Below are positions 44,348-54,144 of a stretch of DNA of 64,000 nucleotides, piece by piece. A program made the translations under genes and the position numbers. The notes under the pieces were generated by a model. That model worked only from the letters and a program-made list of their open reading frames with translations. It was not told the origin of the DNA and searched no databases. Source of the stretch: a virus; the IMG/VR virus record IMGVR_UViG_3300020462_000001, positions 26,535 to 90,534 of that record. One strand, written 5' to 3'. Within the stretch, counting starts at the first letter, position 1. Every line of letters begins with the position of its first letter.

Positions 44348-46015
44348 TTAGATCTCACCACCAGTGGGTTCTGGATCTTTTGGTGATTTGATATCTGCGG
44401 CTGGGATTCCTGGAGAAGGTGGAGCTCCACCAGCTGCAGGATCTTCACCACCCATAGCCATAGGATCAATTGCTACCATTGCAGGATCTGGAATAGCTCC
44501 AGATTGAATCTCCTCTTCAATCAATTCGTCCTGTTCCTTAATTTCACTATCAGTCTGACGAAGGATTGTCCTTCTCACATAATCCTGTGAGTAATACTTA
44601 CCAACATAAGGTTCAATCATGGCAACTTGATTGAGTCTAGATTCCATCAACTCAGCATGCTTGAGCTCTGCGAAATGGTTATCATAGATGAAATCATATT
44701 GAATATGATCATTCATTTGTTCCCAATCTTCAGGAACAATGATGTTCTTAAGAATCAATTGAGTCTTCAACATATCACTGAACATTGAAGAGAATCTCTT
44801 TCTCATTCTTCCTACAAACTTGGAGAACTTAATCTCGTCTCTCAAGATTTCAGAAGAACGACCCATAGAGAAACCAGTGTCCCCTTGCATTCTGGACTCA
44901 GGAACATTCAATGCTCTATAAAGTTTCTTCTGGAAGTAATTGATATCAGTAATTTCACCAAGATTCTGGCCACCAGGAAGTGTAGTAATTTCTGTACCTC
45001 TGCCACCTTCTCTTCTAGGCAACCAGAAGTCTTCCATCATAGACATAAACTTCTTGTCATCTCTAATCTCACCAGTATTGGCATCATAGACAAGCTTGTT
45101 TCTATAACGACTCATCACATCACGAAGGTATTGTTCTGCCTTTTGCTTAGGCAGATTACCAACGTCAATGTAGAAGATTCTACGTTCTGGTGCTCTTGAT
45201 AGACGATAGATAACCAAACTATCCTCAATCATCATCAACTGATTGAGTGGTTTGATTGATTTGTGTAACCAAGAAAGGGTTGATCCCTTGTTTCTATCTA
45301 CCAATCCAGAAGTACAATAGGTAATAGAATCACGAGTCATCTTAATACCTTTTGTTGCACCTCCTGTAAATGAGTTAGCAACACCACCTGTATCTCTGTT
45401 GCCAGGAGTATAAACAAAATACTCTTCGATATCGGGGAAATCGTAGTTTTTGGGATTATCCTTATCTCTCTGATTACCTGTATCGAGACCATTCTTGGTG
45501 TTCTTTTTCAACTGACGGATATACCGCATCTTGGCAGCATCAATATATCTCAGTTCTTGAATACCATCTTGTGGTCTTTTCTGATCAATAACTTTGTTAT
45601 AATAAAGTCTCCCATCAATATACCAATTACGGAAGATCTCATGAGCCTTCTTATCAAAATCAAGAAGTTCTAAAATATGTTTAAACTCTTCTCTTACTTT
45701 CTTCTTAATACCATCACTGGCATTCAAATTTGAGAGGTCAATTGATACAGGACTATCATTAGTATCAGTAACAATTGCTTCATGAACAATATCTTCAATA
45801 GCACTATCACATTCTGGATAAAGTGACATTGAACGATATCTACGAATTAAGTCGTTCTCTGTTTTATATACTCCTTCAATATCAACATAAGAACCGAAAA
45901 ACCCCGAACTCACATAGTGCTCTGATCCGTCCTGATTATTAGGAGGGACCGGAGACACTACGCCGTTCGAGGCTTTCTCGGTATCTTCAATTGAGAATCC
46001 AAATAGTCTCGACAT
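44348..46015 (-). CDS. gp20: portal protein (T4 gp20)
   Basis: WYIDGR, EDSLVIYRLSRAPERRIFYIDVGN, EDFWLPRREGGRGTE. Confidence 0.98.
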   Translation of the reverse strand: MSRLFGFSIEDTEKASNGVVSPVPPNNQDGSEHYVSSGFFGSYVDIEGVYKTENDLIRRYRSMSLYPECDSAIEDIVHEAIVTDTNDSPVSIDLSNLNASDGIKKKVREEFKHILELLDFDKKAHEIFRNWYIDGRLYYNKVIDQKRPQDGIQELRYIDAAKMRYIRQLKKNTKNGLDTGNQRDKDNPKNYDFPDIEEYFVYTPGNRDTGGVANSFTGGATKGIKMTRDSITYCTSGLVDRNKGSTLSWLHKSIKPLNQLMMIEDSLVIYRLSRAPERRIFYIDVGNLPKQKAEQYLRDVMSRYRNKLVYDANTGEIRDDKKFMSMMEDFWLPRREGGRGTEITTLPGGQNLGEITDINYFQKKLYRALNVPESRMQGDTGFSMGRSSEILRDEIKFSKFVGRMRKRFSSMFSDMLKTQLILKNIIVPEDWEQMNDHIQYDFIYDNHFAELKHAELMESRLNQVAMIEPYVGKYYSQDYVRRTILRQTDSEIKEQDELIEEEIQSGAIPDPAMVAIDPMAMGGEDPAAGGAPPSPGIPAADIKSPKDPEPTGGEI

Positions 46016-46052
46016 TATAAGTTAAACTAGACATCGGTCTAGTTATTTATGA

Positions 46053-46685
46053 TCAACTGATTGCTACCTGATTGTTGTCACTGGTGTTGGATTCCATGGA
46101 ATCACCAATAGTGAAGTACTGAACCTGGAAGGTAACAGTGAATTCTTCAATTTGGTCACCATTATCATAAGAAAGTTCAATTGAACTGATCTCAGATGGG
46201 AAGATGTCATAGAACTTATAGGTTCTAAGAACAGATGATTGACCACCATCATTGGTTTGAGCAAAGGCTTGTGCACCTCTACCCAGTTGTCTTACATATG
46301 CATCAGCCATGTATGAAGTTGGGTTAGTAACACCAGTAGCATCATCCAACTTAGACATAACGTTAGCCCATCTTTCGAAGGCCGTTCTCATTCTGAAGTC
46401 TTCATCATTGATGATGGAAACTGTCCATTCTGCGAAGGTTCTGTCTCCAGCAACCTTGAGAATTCTTCCTCTAAAAGGAACTGGAACTGATGCTACCGAA
46501 GATGCTGGAAGTTGAGCTGCCTTGCAAAGGAAGTTGAAGATTCCAGATTCTTGACCATCACCAGAACCCCAAGCTTCATTGATAGCTGAGGGGAATGATG
46601 GAATAGAAACTTCAAATAGATTGGGGCGGGCCCCACCGCCCGCTAGTTTTGATTTAAATTGTGAGAGTGACTTGGTGTCTGCCAT
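46053..46685 (-). CDS. gp19: tail tube protein (T4 gp19)
   Basis: GARPNLFEV, CKAAQLP, GDRTF..W, IEEFTVTF. Confidence 0.96.
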   Translation of the reverse strand: MADTKSLSQFKSKLAGGGARPNLFEVSIPSFPSAINEAWGSGDGQESGIFNFLCKAAQLPASSVASVPVPFRGRILKVAGDRTFAEWTVSIINDEDFRMRTAFERWANVMSKLDDATGVTNPTSYMADAYVRQLGRGAQAFAQTNDGGQSSVLRTYKFYDIFPSEISSIELSYDNGDQIEEFTVTFQVQYFTIGDSMESNTSDNNQVAIS

Positions 46686-46717
46686 TGATTTTTCCTCCTG
46701 GTTTATTAATTAAATGA

Positions 46718-48898
46718 TCAAACAGTACCAACAACTTCTTCAAACGCCACACCAGTTCTGGTAGCAACGAATGTAAGAGTAATGTAGTTAATAGACTTGG
46801 TTGGCTTCAGATAAATGTCAGCTCTGAATTCATTGTTATCAATGATATCTGGAGTGTTGTTTGTAGTGTCACAAACAACCAAGAAGTCATAAACACCTCT
46901 CTTAGCTTGAACATCTCTCAAATAAGGTTCAACGATGTTAACGAAGTTCGCTCTTGTGATCTCATCATTGAGTTCGAACAACTGAGCGTTAGCGGCTCCT
47001 TCCAAAGCCTGTTCAACTGTAAGGAATAATCTTCTGACGTTGATTCTATCAAACGCTGAAGAGTAAGCAAGTGCGGTCTTATCACCGAATAGGATAATAC
47101 CAGATCCTCTCTGATTAATGATGGAGTTAACTCTAGCACCATAGAGAACATCTCTTTGTGCTTTAGTTGGGTTGTATGCCATCTTCACCGCGTTATTCAG
47201 AGCTCCTCTCTGAAGACCTGCGGGAGAGAACCAAGGATAAGCTTCAATAGAAGTTCTAACCATCAAACCTGCGATATCTGCGTTAGTAGCCAGATAACGG
47301 AACTCATTATTGAAACGATCATAAGTGTACTTATAACCAGTATCAAATACTGCGTAAGAGGAAGAACTCAATGCTGAGTAGTATCTCAGAAGGTTTTCAG
47401 TTTGTGTGTTGGAGTTAGTAACATTCACCAAGTTTGCTCTGTGTGGTGAAATAGTAGCCACACAATCCTTTCTACCTTCAGCGATTGAAATCAGGAGGTT
47501 AGCTTTAGCTTGTGATTCCGATTCGTTCAGAAGTCCTGGACCACCAATCAGATAGTCAACTTCAACTTCATCTCTGTTGGAGAATAGATTGTAGGATACA
47601 TTCAAAGAACCCAAATCAGCGGCCATACCACCACCGGTTTGATAATCAACACCACCACTGAAATTATAAGAAACATTACCCAATGAGGAGAATGTAATAT
47701 CTTGAGCTTCTTGTCCCCAGAGACCTTCACCAATAGTATTGGCCACATAATTGGTCGAGAAACCAACAGCCAAAGGTTTGGTGTTGTGATAACCGTCAAC
47801 TGCCTGTGAAGGGTTATAACCAGCGTAAATATACTCTGAGTTATAGTGGAGATAATCCTTATAATATGTTCTGGTTGGTGAATCACCATCAGCTGTTGCA
47901 TCAGCTGCCTTAGAAAGTGAAAGATGCTTCTCAAGGATTGAACCCTGAACACCAGTTACAGTACCTTTGTCGTCAACAACAACTACGTGAATAGTATCAT
48001 TCTCACCCCTTCTGGATGATGTGAAGTTCGATGTAACGGGTCTAGCAGCAATGGACTTCCAATATACTGTAGAGTTAGTGAGACCAAGTGTCTGATTGTC
48101 ATACCAATCTTCGACAGTTGATGCACTCGTAGTGGATTGGTTAACACCAGCACTAGAGACGATTGAAATGTTGTCGTTAATCTCAATCGAGTTTGCTGGA
48201 TTGCTCTGCTGGTAATCGATCTTATATTCGGTTCCACCAGTAGATACTCTAGATACAATCTTAACATCGATTGTACTATTAGATCCAACTGAATCTGTTT
48301 TAATACCAGTAATGATTCCTTTCAGGTAACCATTGAATTCTGTGGTTGTTCCTGCACCAGGAATAACAACACTAGAAAGAGGTGAAGTAACACCAAGTCC
48401 AACTTCTACACCAAGACCAGCAAGGTTAGAAGTGCTAATACCAATAGTTTGGTCAGCGGCATTGTCGATCGTACAAACCCTCAGGTTGTTTGACCAACTA
48501 CCAGGGTTTTTTGCTGCATAAGTGAAGTTTGGATCACTCTTGTGATTCTCTTCGTAATCATCCTGATTGGTGATCTTAACAGCTGTTGATGCAATACTAA
48601 CACCAGCGTTAGCATTGACAAGCTGGTCTCCATTGGTCCTGACAACCTTCAAGATTCCACCATAAGAGAGGAAAGCATCGGCGGCCATCCAGTACTCATA
48701 TTGTGAATCGGTAGAAAGTGGTCTACCAAAGGTATTGATGAGTTGTTGTTCCGTCGTAATAGTAATTGGCTCATCAACAGGTCCAACAGAAAATGGACCA
48801 GCAATAGCACCAATATTATCAAGAACGTTCTCAGCTCTCCCAACAGTAAGGTCAACTTCCCTGACCAATACGCCTGGAGATAATTGAGGAGTCGCCAT
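46718..48898 (-). CDS. gp18: tail sheath protein (T4 gp18)
   Basis: SPGVLVREVDLT, PWFSPAG..RG, FGDKT, FDRINVRRLF, KSINYITL.FVATRTG. Confidence 0.97.
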   Translation of the reverse strand: MATPQLSPGVLVREVDLTVGRAENVLDNIGAIAGPFSVGPVDEPITITTEQQLINTFGRPLSTDSQYEYWMAADAFLSYGGILKVVRTNGDQLVNANAGVSIASTAVKITNQDDYEENHKSDPNFTYAAKNPGSWSNNLRVCTIDNAADQTIGISTSNLAGLGVEVGLGVTSPLSSVVIPGAGTTTEFNGYLKGIITGIKTDSVGSNSTIDVKIVSRVSTGGTEYKIDYQQSNPANSIEINDNISIVSSAGVNQSTTSASTVEDWYDNQTLGLTNSTVYWKSIAARPVTSNFTSSRRGENDTIHVVVVDDKGTVTGVQGSILEKHLSLSKAADATADGDSPTRTYYKDYLHYNSEYIYAGYNPSQAVDGYHNTKPLAVGFSTNYVANTIGEGLWGQEAQDITFSSLGNVSYNFSGGVDYQTGGGMAADLGSLNVSYNLFSNRDEVEVDYLIGGPGLLNESESQAKANLLISIAEGRKDCVATISPHRANLVNVTNSNTQTENLLRYYSALSSSSYAVFDTGYKYTYDRFNNEFRYLATNADIAGLMVRTSIEAYPWFSPAGLQRGALNNAVKMAYNPTKAQRDVLYGARVNSIINQRGSGIILFGDKTALAYSSAFDRINVRRLFLTVEQALEGAANAQLFELNDEITRANFVNIVEPYLRDVQAKRGVYDFLVVCDTTNNTPDIIDNNEFRADIYLKPTKSINYITLTFVATRTGVAFEEVVGTV

Positions 48899-48980
48899 GT
48901 TTTTCTCCTAAAAATGTCTCAGTTTATCTGAAAATATTTATGGAAATACACATTTAGAGGGGGGAAACAGTGGGTGAACA

Positions 48981-49226
48981 CTACCAATCAGGATAATTCC
49001 AATCTACAAATGGGTTCTTTTGTTTCCTTGTCTCTACAATTCTCTTTATCGTACAAATCTTACACTCATATGAATATGCAGATGCCGTAGATCCTTTTCT
49101 AGTTTTGTAAAACCCATCAATAAGATTCTTCACTTCACCACAAGTTCTACACTTCCTATCATTTAGAAGAAGGTGTCCTAACCTTATCTGACCATCTAAG
49201 TCCATCAGTACCCCCAGAGATCCCAA
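48981..49226 (-). CDS. small zinc-finger protein (likely start 49205)
   Basis: CRTCG...FY...CKIC; between gp17 and gp18. Confidence 0.7.
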   Translation of the reverse strand: MGSLGVLMDLDGQIRLGHLLLNDRKCRTCGEVKNLIDGFYKTRKGSTASAYSYECKICTIKRIVETRKQKNPFVDWNYPDW

Positions 49227-50866
49227 CCACCTGCAACATTCCCATACTCATCATATTTTACAGTTGACCACCTATCACCATCTTCAACAAAGGTCTCATC
49301 ACCTAAACCATCATCCATAAAACCAAATGGTGCCATATCCTGTTCAATCTGGTTCTTCTGCTCCTCATATAATCTCTTTCTAATATCATTATCAGTTAGT
49401 TCTTTAAAGTAGTCTTGTGCAACCAACCATGCATAAATGACAAGACACATTGCCAAGTCATCATTACAACCCTCTTCTGCTTCAAATGAGTTTGCCTTAG
49501 AGATGAATGTTGTGAGTTCTGAGATGATGTCATAATCACAGAACATCAACTTATCTTCCTCAATCATTGTCTTGAGGTTCAGTGATCCAACCTTCTTGAC
49601 AGTTTTGGACATCTTGACACCTAATTGTGTCTTGTTTCCAGAGAAACCCTGTCCAACAATTTGGCCTGCTCTACCTCTCATAGAACACATCAATAGGTTT
49701 TGATACTCTAGATCATATTGAAGAATGGCCGCAACTTGATCACCAACATCATTCACCTCACAAAGAATGAATGCTTGATTGTAATTCCTAGCTACTTCAT
49801 AAATGACACTTGGAAACAACATCGGTTTGATTGTGTTGTCTCTATACTTAGCTACGACCCTGTGTGGGAAGGTTGTAATGTCTACAACAACAAAGGCACT
49901 ATAATCTCCTCCAACACCCCTTGCAACGTCTACTGTGATCGCATAGTCGTGTTTGTCCTCTGGCCTCACATATACATCCAAACCAGCATTAGTTTGAATG
50001 GCTTTATCGAACACCAAGGCTTTTAGTTTACTTGGTGCAATCAGTGTATCAACAGAACCAAGGAACTCACACTCAAACTCAATCTTGAACTGTTGTTCAG
50101 AAGTGTTCTTGATTGTCTGTTCTTTCCAGACCTCATCCCTACCAGGAACTTCAGACCAGTGAACATCTGTTGGAATATATTCGTTTCGTTTCTTCTCTGC
50201 ATCCACCCACAATCTATAAAAGTGGTTCATCCCGTGAGGGGTAGAAACAATAATAACCTTTGTTGATTTACCTGAAGTAATCGTAGGATAAACAGATGCA
50301 AAGAATGCGTCAGCAACATGATTTGGAACGAACGCAAATTCGTCCAAGAAGAGGATGTTGAAAGACATACCTCGAACAGCTGATGCTGAAGTAGAAGCTG
50401 CAAGTATCTTACTACCGTTCTCTAATTCAATATTACCTTTGTTCCATACAAGAATACCCTGCTGCATCCACTTGGGTAAGTTCTCATATGCAGTAGCCAG
50501 TCTTGCTAATAGTTCTCTAGCAGTTGAAGCTTTGTTTGCCAGAATACCAATGTTGACACTATCATTGAAGATAGCATAATGAAGTAGATAAGACACACAG
50601 GTGGTAGACTTACCAGTCTGTCTTGGCATCTTACAGATATTAAATCGATTTTCATGGAAGTTAGTAATCAACTTCTCTTGAAAGTCGTAAGTTCTAAAAG
50701 GTTGAAGACCATGATCCAAGGTCACGATCTTCACATAGTTATTTGCAAAGTATACCGGATCACTCTTACACTTGATATACTCTTCAATTTGTTCTTGAGT
50801 GAACTCAATGGGGGTATTTGCTCTCTTGAGCAAAGGATTCCCCAAATAAACATCATTACTAGACAT
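49205..50866 (-). CDS. gp17: terminase large subunit (T4 gp17)
   Basis: PRQTGKST, LDEFAF, STPHG.NHF, VDVARG..DYS, NDDLAM; no intein. Confidence 0.98.
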   Translation of the reverse strand: MSSNDVYLGNPLLKRANTPIEFTQEQIEEYIKCKSDPVYFANNYVKIVTLDHGLQPFRTYDFQEKLITNFHENRFNICKMPRQTGKSTTCVSYLLHYAIFNDSVNIGILANKASTARELLARLATAYENLPKWMQQGILVWNKGNIELENGSKILAASTSASAVRGMSFNILFLDEFAFVPNHVADAFFASVYPTITSGKSTKVIIVSTPHGMNHFYRLWVDAEKKRNEYIPTDVHWSEVPGRDEVWKEQTIKNTSEQQFKIEFECEFLGSVDTLIAPSKLKALVFDKAIQTNAGLDVYVRPEDKHDYAITVDVARGVGGDYSAFVVVDITTFPHRVVAKYRDNTIKPMLFPSVIYEVARNYNQAFILCEVNDVGDQVAAILQYDLEYQNLLMCSMRGRAGQIVGQGFSGNKTQLGVKMSKTVKKVGSLNLKTMIEEDKLMFCDYDIISELTTFISKANSFEAEEGCNDDLAMCLVIYAWLVAQDYFKELTDNDIRKRLYEEQKNQIEQDMAPFGFMDDGLGDETFVEDGDRWSTVKYDEYGNVAGGWDLWGY

Positions 50867-50875
50867 AGATAATTA

Positions 50876-52171
50876 CTAACAATTCCAACGACGACGGGCA
50901 GCCTTACCTCTTTCACCAGTCCAACTTTTAGATCTTGCACAGAAGCTCTTACGACGACCAGCTGCTTTAGAACCAGGCTTCAGTTTAGAGGGAGGAGTAG
51001 TAACAGCAGTTTTCAGGTTTCCACCTGTTCTTCTGTTATACTTAGCAACTCCCTTAGCTGTCATTCCAGCACCACTCTCAGTGCTTCTTTTGTCACCAGA
51101 TTTCTGAGACATACCAGTCATGTCTTCCTGAATCTCTTCTCTCCAGTTATAGTGCTCACTCTGATTAGTTGGAAGATTTTCTTTCTGGTTCATACGAGAA
51201 GATTTATGCTTACTTCTCTGTAGAGATCTCCTTCTGTTCCTATCACTCTCCATTCTACTTTCAACATCTTTATTGTGATCATCAGCTTCTAATGATTCTG
51301 AAGTAATACCCGAATCAGCTGCAGCTGATTTCTTCACTCGATCACTGAGGTTTGAGATAGTATACTTATCCCACATTTTGGGTCCATATGCACACTTAGA
51401 ACGAGTTTCTTTCTTCTCACAGAGCTTACAATATCTCTCTTCTTCTTTCTTTTCATGAAGAGTTGATTCACCTACATTGATATATGGATCATCATAATCC
51501 ACAACAGAATGAGAGTATGATCTCAGTTGAGCACCAGGATACATCTTATCCAATGCGGCTGCAACTTTCTGTCTACCAGGAATAGCAGTATCAGGGAAGA
51601 ACAACTTCACCATCATCATCTTTCCTCTCCAACCAAAGATGACCTGATACATATTACCAGTTTGGATCTTGGTTCTTTCTAGTTCTTGAAGTTGTTGAAC
51701 TTCTTCTCCAATACCCATAATCTTTTTCATATTAGGGATGTCTTTCTTAGCACCAGGGCCCCAAGTCGCTTTATCTTCTTTGCCAATCTTACCAGAGGCA
51801 CGAAGTGCTTTTAGTTTACCCATGGCAAATCTGTCACCACGAGATGCCTTCTTTTGGAGTTCAGTCTTTTCATCTTCAGGAATAAACTCTTCTTTCTTGC
51901 AATCAGGAACTTCTTTACCACCCTTCTTCTTGGTTCCTTTAGCCTTATATCCATCCCAACACTTATCAGCTCCTACATTCTTACGAGCAGTTTCCATTCC
52001 CTCAACATTCAAGGTTTTTGGATAATCCTTATCACCTTTCTTAGCCGGAGCTTCTCCACGCTTACGTTTAGCATGAATGTTGTCCCACAGACCTTTCTTC
52101 TTCTCGGAAAGGTCTATGCCAGCAGCCTCCATGGCTCGGAGTTGGATAGGACTGAAGTTATTCCCTTGCAT
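50876..52171 (-). CDS. modular basic late protein, probable head internal (poly)protein
   Basis: Late promoter at 52194; basic modules GLWDNIHAKRKRG, KCWDGYK...VPDC, RRKSFCARS...RRWNC separated by x-x-E sites. Confidence 0.65.
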   Translation of the reverse strand: MQGNNFSPIQLRAMEAAGIDLSEKKKGLWDNIHAKRKRGEAPAKKGDKDYPKTLNVEGMETARKNVGADKCWDGYKAKGTKKKGGKEVPDCKKEEFIPEDEKTELQKKASRGDRFAMGKLKALRASGKIGKEDKATWGPGAKKDIPNMKKIMGIGEEVQQLQELERTKIQTGNMYQVIFGWRGKMMMVKLFFPDTAIPGRQKVAAALDKMYPGAQLRSYSHSVVDYDDPYINVGESTLHEKKEEERYCKLCEKKETRSKCAYGPKMWDKYTISNLSDRVKKSAAADSGITSESLEADDHNKDVESRMESDRNRRRSLQRSKHKSSRMNQKENLPTNQSEHYNWREEIQEDMTGMSQKSGDKRSTESGAGMTAKGVAKYNRRTGGNLKTAVTTPPSKLKPGSKAAGRRKSFCARSKSWTGERGKAARRRWNC

Positions 52172-52196
52172 GGATATAAAGAGTTCTTTTACTTAT

Positions 52197-52490
52197 TTAT
52201 GAAGCTGGATCATGTCCTTCTGAAATTGTATCAGGATCAACAAAGGAAATTATTCCAACAGCTAATTTGTTATTTACTCCTTTTAGCTGACTTTTTAAAA
52301 TTGCTTGGTATGTCTCCTCATCAACAGAACCACTTTCCAATCTAGGAATATTTACACTTCTCTTATAGACAAAGCCATTGTCATCAGAGTATGTCACATC
52401 TACAGTTTTATCTCCATCAGAGATTTCCGCAGTAGTGTATGTTGTAATTGCCATACCCACCTCTTCAGTAGTACTTGTTGTGATTGGCAT
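52197..52490 (-). CDS. small acidic hypothetical protein (possible fibre-assembly partner)
   Basis: TATAAATA at 52513; V.V.Y......R.VN.P pattern. Confidence 0.65.
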   Translation of the reverse strand: MPITTSTTEEVGMAITTYTTAEISDGDKTVDVTYSDDNGFVYKRSVNIPRLESGSVDEETYQAILKSQLKGVNNKLAVGIISFVDPDTISEGHDPAS

Positions 52491-52522
52491 ATCTATCTCG
52501 ATTATTTGAAATTATTTATAGT

Positions 52523-52819
52523 CTAAGAATTGGTGGAATCTATAATTATCTTTACTCTCTCAATGTGCTCATCTATCATTCCTACAATATTGCCATGATC
52601 AATCGCCCACTGTTTGATTTGTTCTAATGATAAATCATCAAATGGTACAAACTCTCCACTTTCGGGTTGTTCTAATTCTACTGTAGTTGTCATCGTTAAT
52701 ATATCTGGACCAACTCCTAATGTATTAGGGAAAGTGACATACACGTCAACTCTAGTAAGAAGACCATTCCTGTCACCAATAACTAGTTGAGTAACGTCAC
52801 ACGTATATGATGTTGTCAT
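52523..52819 (-). CDS. small acidic hypothetical protein (possible fibre-assembly partner)
   Basis: FVPFDDLSLEQIKQW motif; late promoter at 52833. Confidence 0.7.
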   Translation of the reverse strand: MTTSYTCDVTQLVIGDRNGLLTRVDVYVTFPNTLGVGPDILTMTTTVELEQPESGEFVPFDDLSLEQIKQWAIDHGNIVGMIDEHIERVKIIIDSTNS

Positions 52820-52835
52820 AATTTTTTTCTTTTAT

Positions 52836-53774
52836 TTATCTCATACCTAACCAAAATGATGCGGCAGTAAAGTTGCCACTCAATCCATTTGGAGAACAAG
52901 TAACAGATGGAATGGTGTTAATACTGCTCCTCATATCAACTCTACCCATTCCCATTATTGGAGTATTTGATCCACCAAAATATGTAGTGAACTGGTGCCC
53001 AGCTGGAAAATTATTATTAATTGATGAAATGGAATTTCCTGTATAACCAGCAGCAAAATAAATAGATGAATAAGCCCAATCAAATCCACCAACACTAGAT
53101 GTTGGAGCACTCAAAGTATTATTAGGTGATGAAGAAGTATATTGACCTGCTGATGCTTGCACAAATTGATACTCATGAATACCATGACGACCTGCAGCAG
53201 TATTGATCGGATAGTAAAGTCTAATATTTACTACAGCCAGCGAAAACCCTGTATTTGCACCATTAAAGTAAATGTATAATGGATGTTGAGTTCCACTTGT
53301 ATTCAACCCTGCTCTTCCATAGACATAACAAGAAGGGTAACCACCGCTCGTTGATGAATTTACTATTGAAGTCCAACTACTTGTAGTAGTTCTAGCGGAA
53401 CTAGTGAAATGACTTTGAGTGGTTGGAGTGTTAGTACTACAAAAAACTAATTGAAGATCGTCATCAGTTTGGGGCCAAAGTCCTATACCAGTTCCTGTAT
53501 TGTTTGAACCAAGTTCATAATCATACGAATTGAGAACTGCATTAGCATCTCCCCATAAACTCTGACCTCTACAATCTCCAAGGTTAGATGGTCTAGTAGG
53601 ATCCCAAACACCAGTAGAAGGATTTCTATACTTGGAATGATTTGCCAATCTCAAGTAATCATTCCAAACTAAAGGTGAATCAGAAAACGTATCAAGTATG
53701 CCATTGAAACTTGCGGCATCGATGGGCGATGAATTGGGAACATCGACTGCATTGTATTTTGGCCCTTGTGCCAT
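52836..53774 (-). CDS. S/T/N/G-rich beta protein, possible adhesin or virion appendage
   Basis: Late promoter at 53799; composition typical of phage receptor-binding domains. Confidence 0.55.
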   Translation of the reverse strand: MAQGPKYNAVDVPNSSPIDAASFNGILDTFSDSPLVWNDYLRLANHSKYRNPSTGVWDPTRPSNLGDCRGQSLWGDANAVLNSYDYELGSNNTGTGIGLWPQTDDDLQLVFCSTNTPTTQSHFTSSARTTTSSWTSIVNSSTSGGYPSCYVYGRAGLNTSGTQHPLYIYFNGANTGFSLAVVNIRLYYPINTAAGRHGIHEYQFVQASAGQYTSSSPNNTLSAPTSSVGGFDWAYSSIYFAAGYTGNSISSINNNFPAGHQFTTYFGGSNTPIMGMGRVDMRSSINTIPSVTCSPNGLSGNFTAASFWLGMR

Positions 53775-53804
53775 ATTATATAATATCCACTTTTCTTCTA
53801 TTTA

Positions 53805-54101
53805 TTATTCAGTTGGTAATGGTTGCTTGTTTGCAATCAGGAATGCCTTATAAGCATCTTTAACTGCTTGTGTCCATGCAGCATTACAGATGGCTTGAAC
53901 ATCAGCATCTTCACCACTGATATCAGTATCAACAAAGTTGTCACTGTCATCAATTGAACCACATACACATACATGACGATTGAAAGAACGTGCAATTTCT
54001 ACACCATCTTTCTCAACGATATCTGCTCTACGAACTTGAACGTGTTTATATGGTCCAACGACTTCAATCTTGTCGTTTTCAAATCTTTCAGTAAGTGCCA
54101 T
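53805..54101 (-). CDS. small protein following fibre gene (probable tail-fibre assembly factor)
   Basis: DKIEVV...VQVR.A....DG.EI.RSF.RH...VQAICNAAWT..VKDAY. Confidence 0.7.
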   Translation of the reverse strand: MALTERFENDKIEVVGPYKHVQVRRADIVEKDGVEIARSFNRHVCVCGSIDDSDNFVDTDISGEDADVQAICNAAWTQAVKDAYKAFLIANKQPLPTE

Positions 54102-54144
54102 TAGGATCGTCCTCCGAACTAAACAGGTTTAGGCGTATTATTTA

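Noticed and set aside
48981-49226. Homing endonuclease between gp17 and gp18
   Set aside because: Only a CxxC...CxxC finger of about 75 aa with no nuclease domain.
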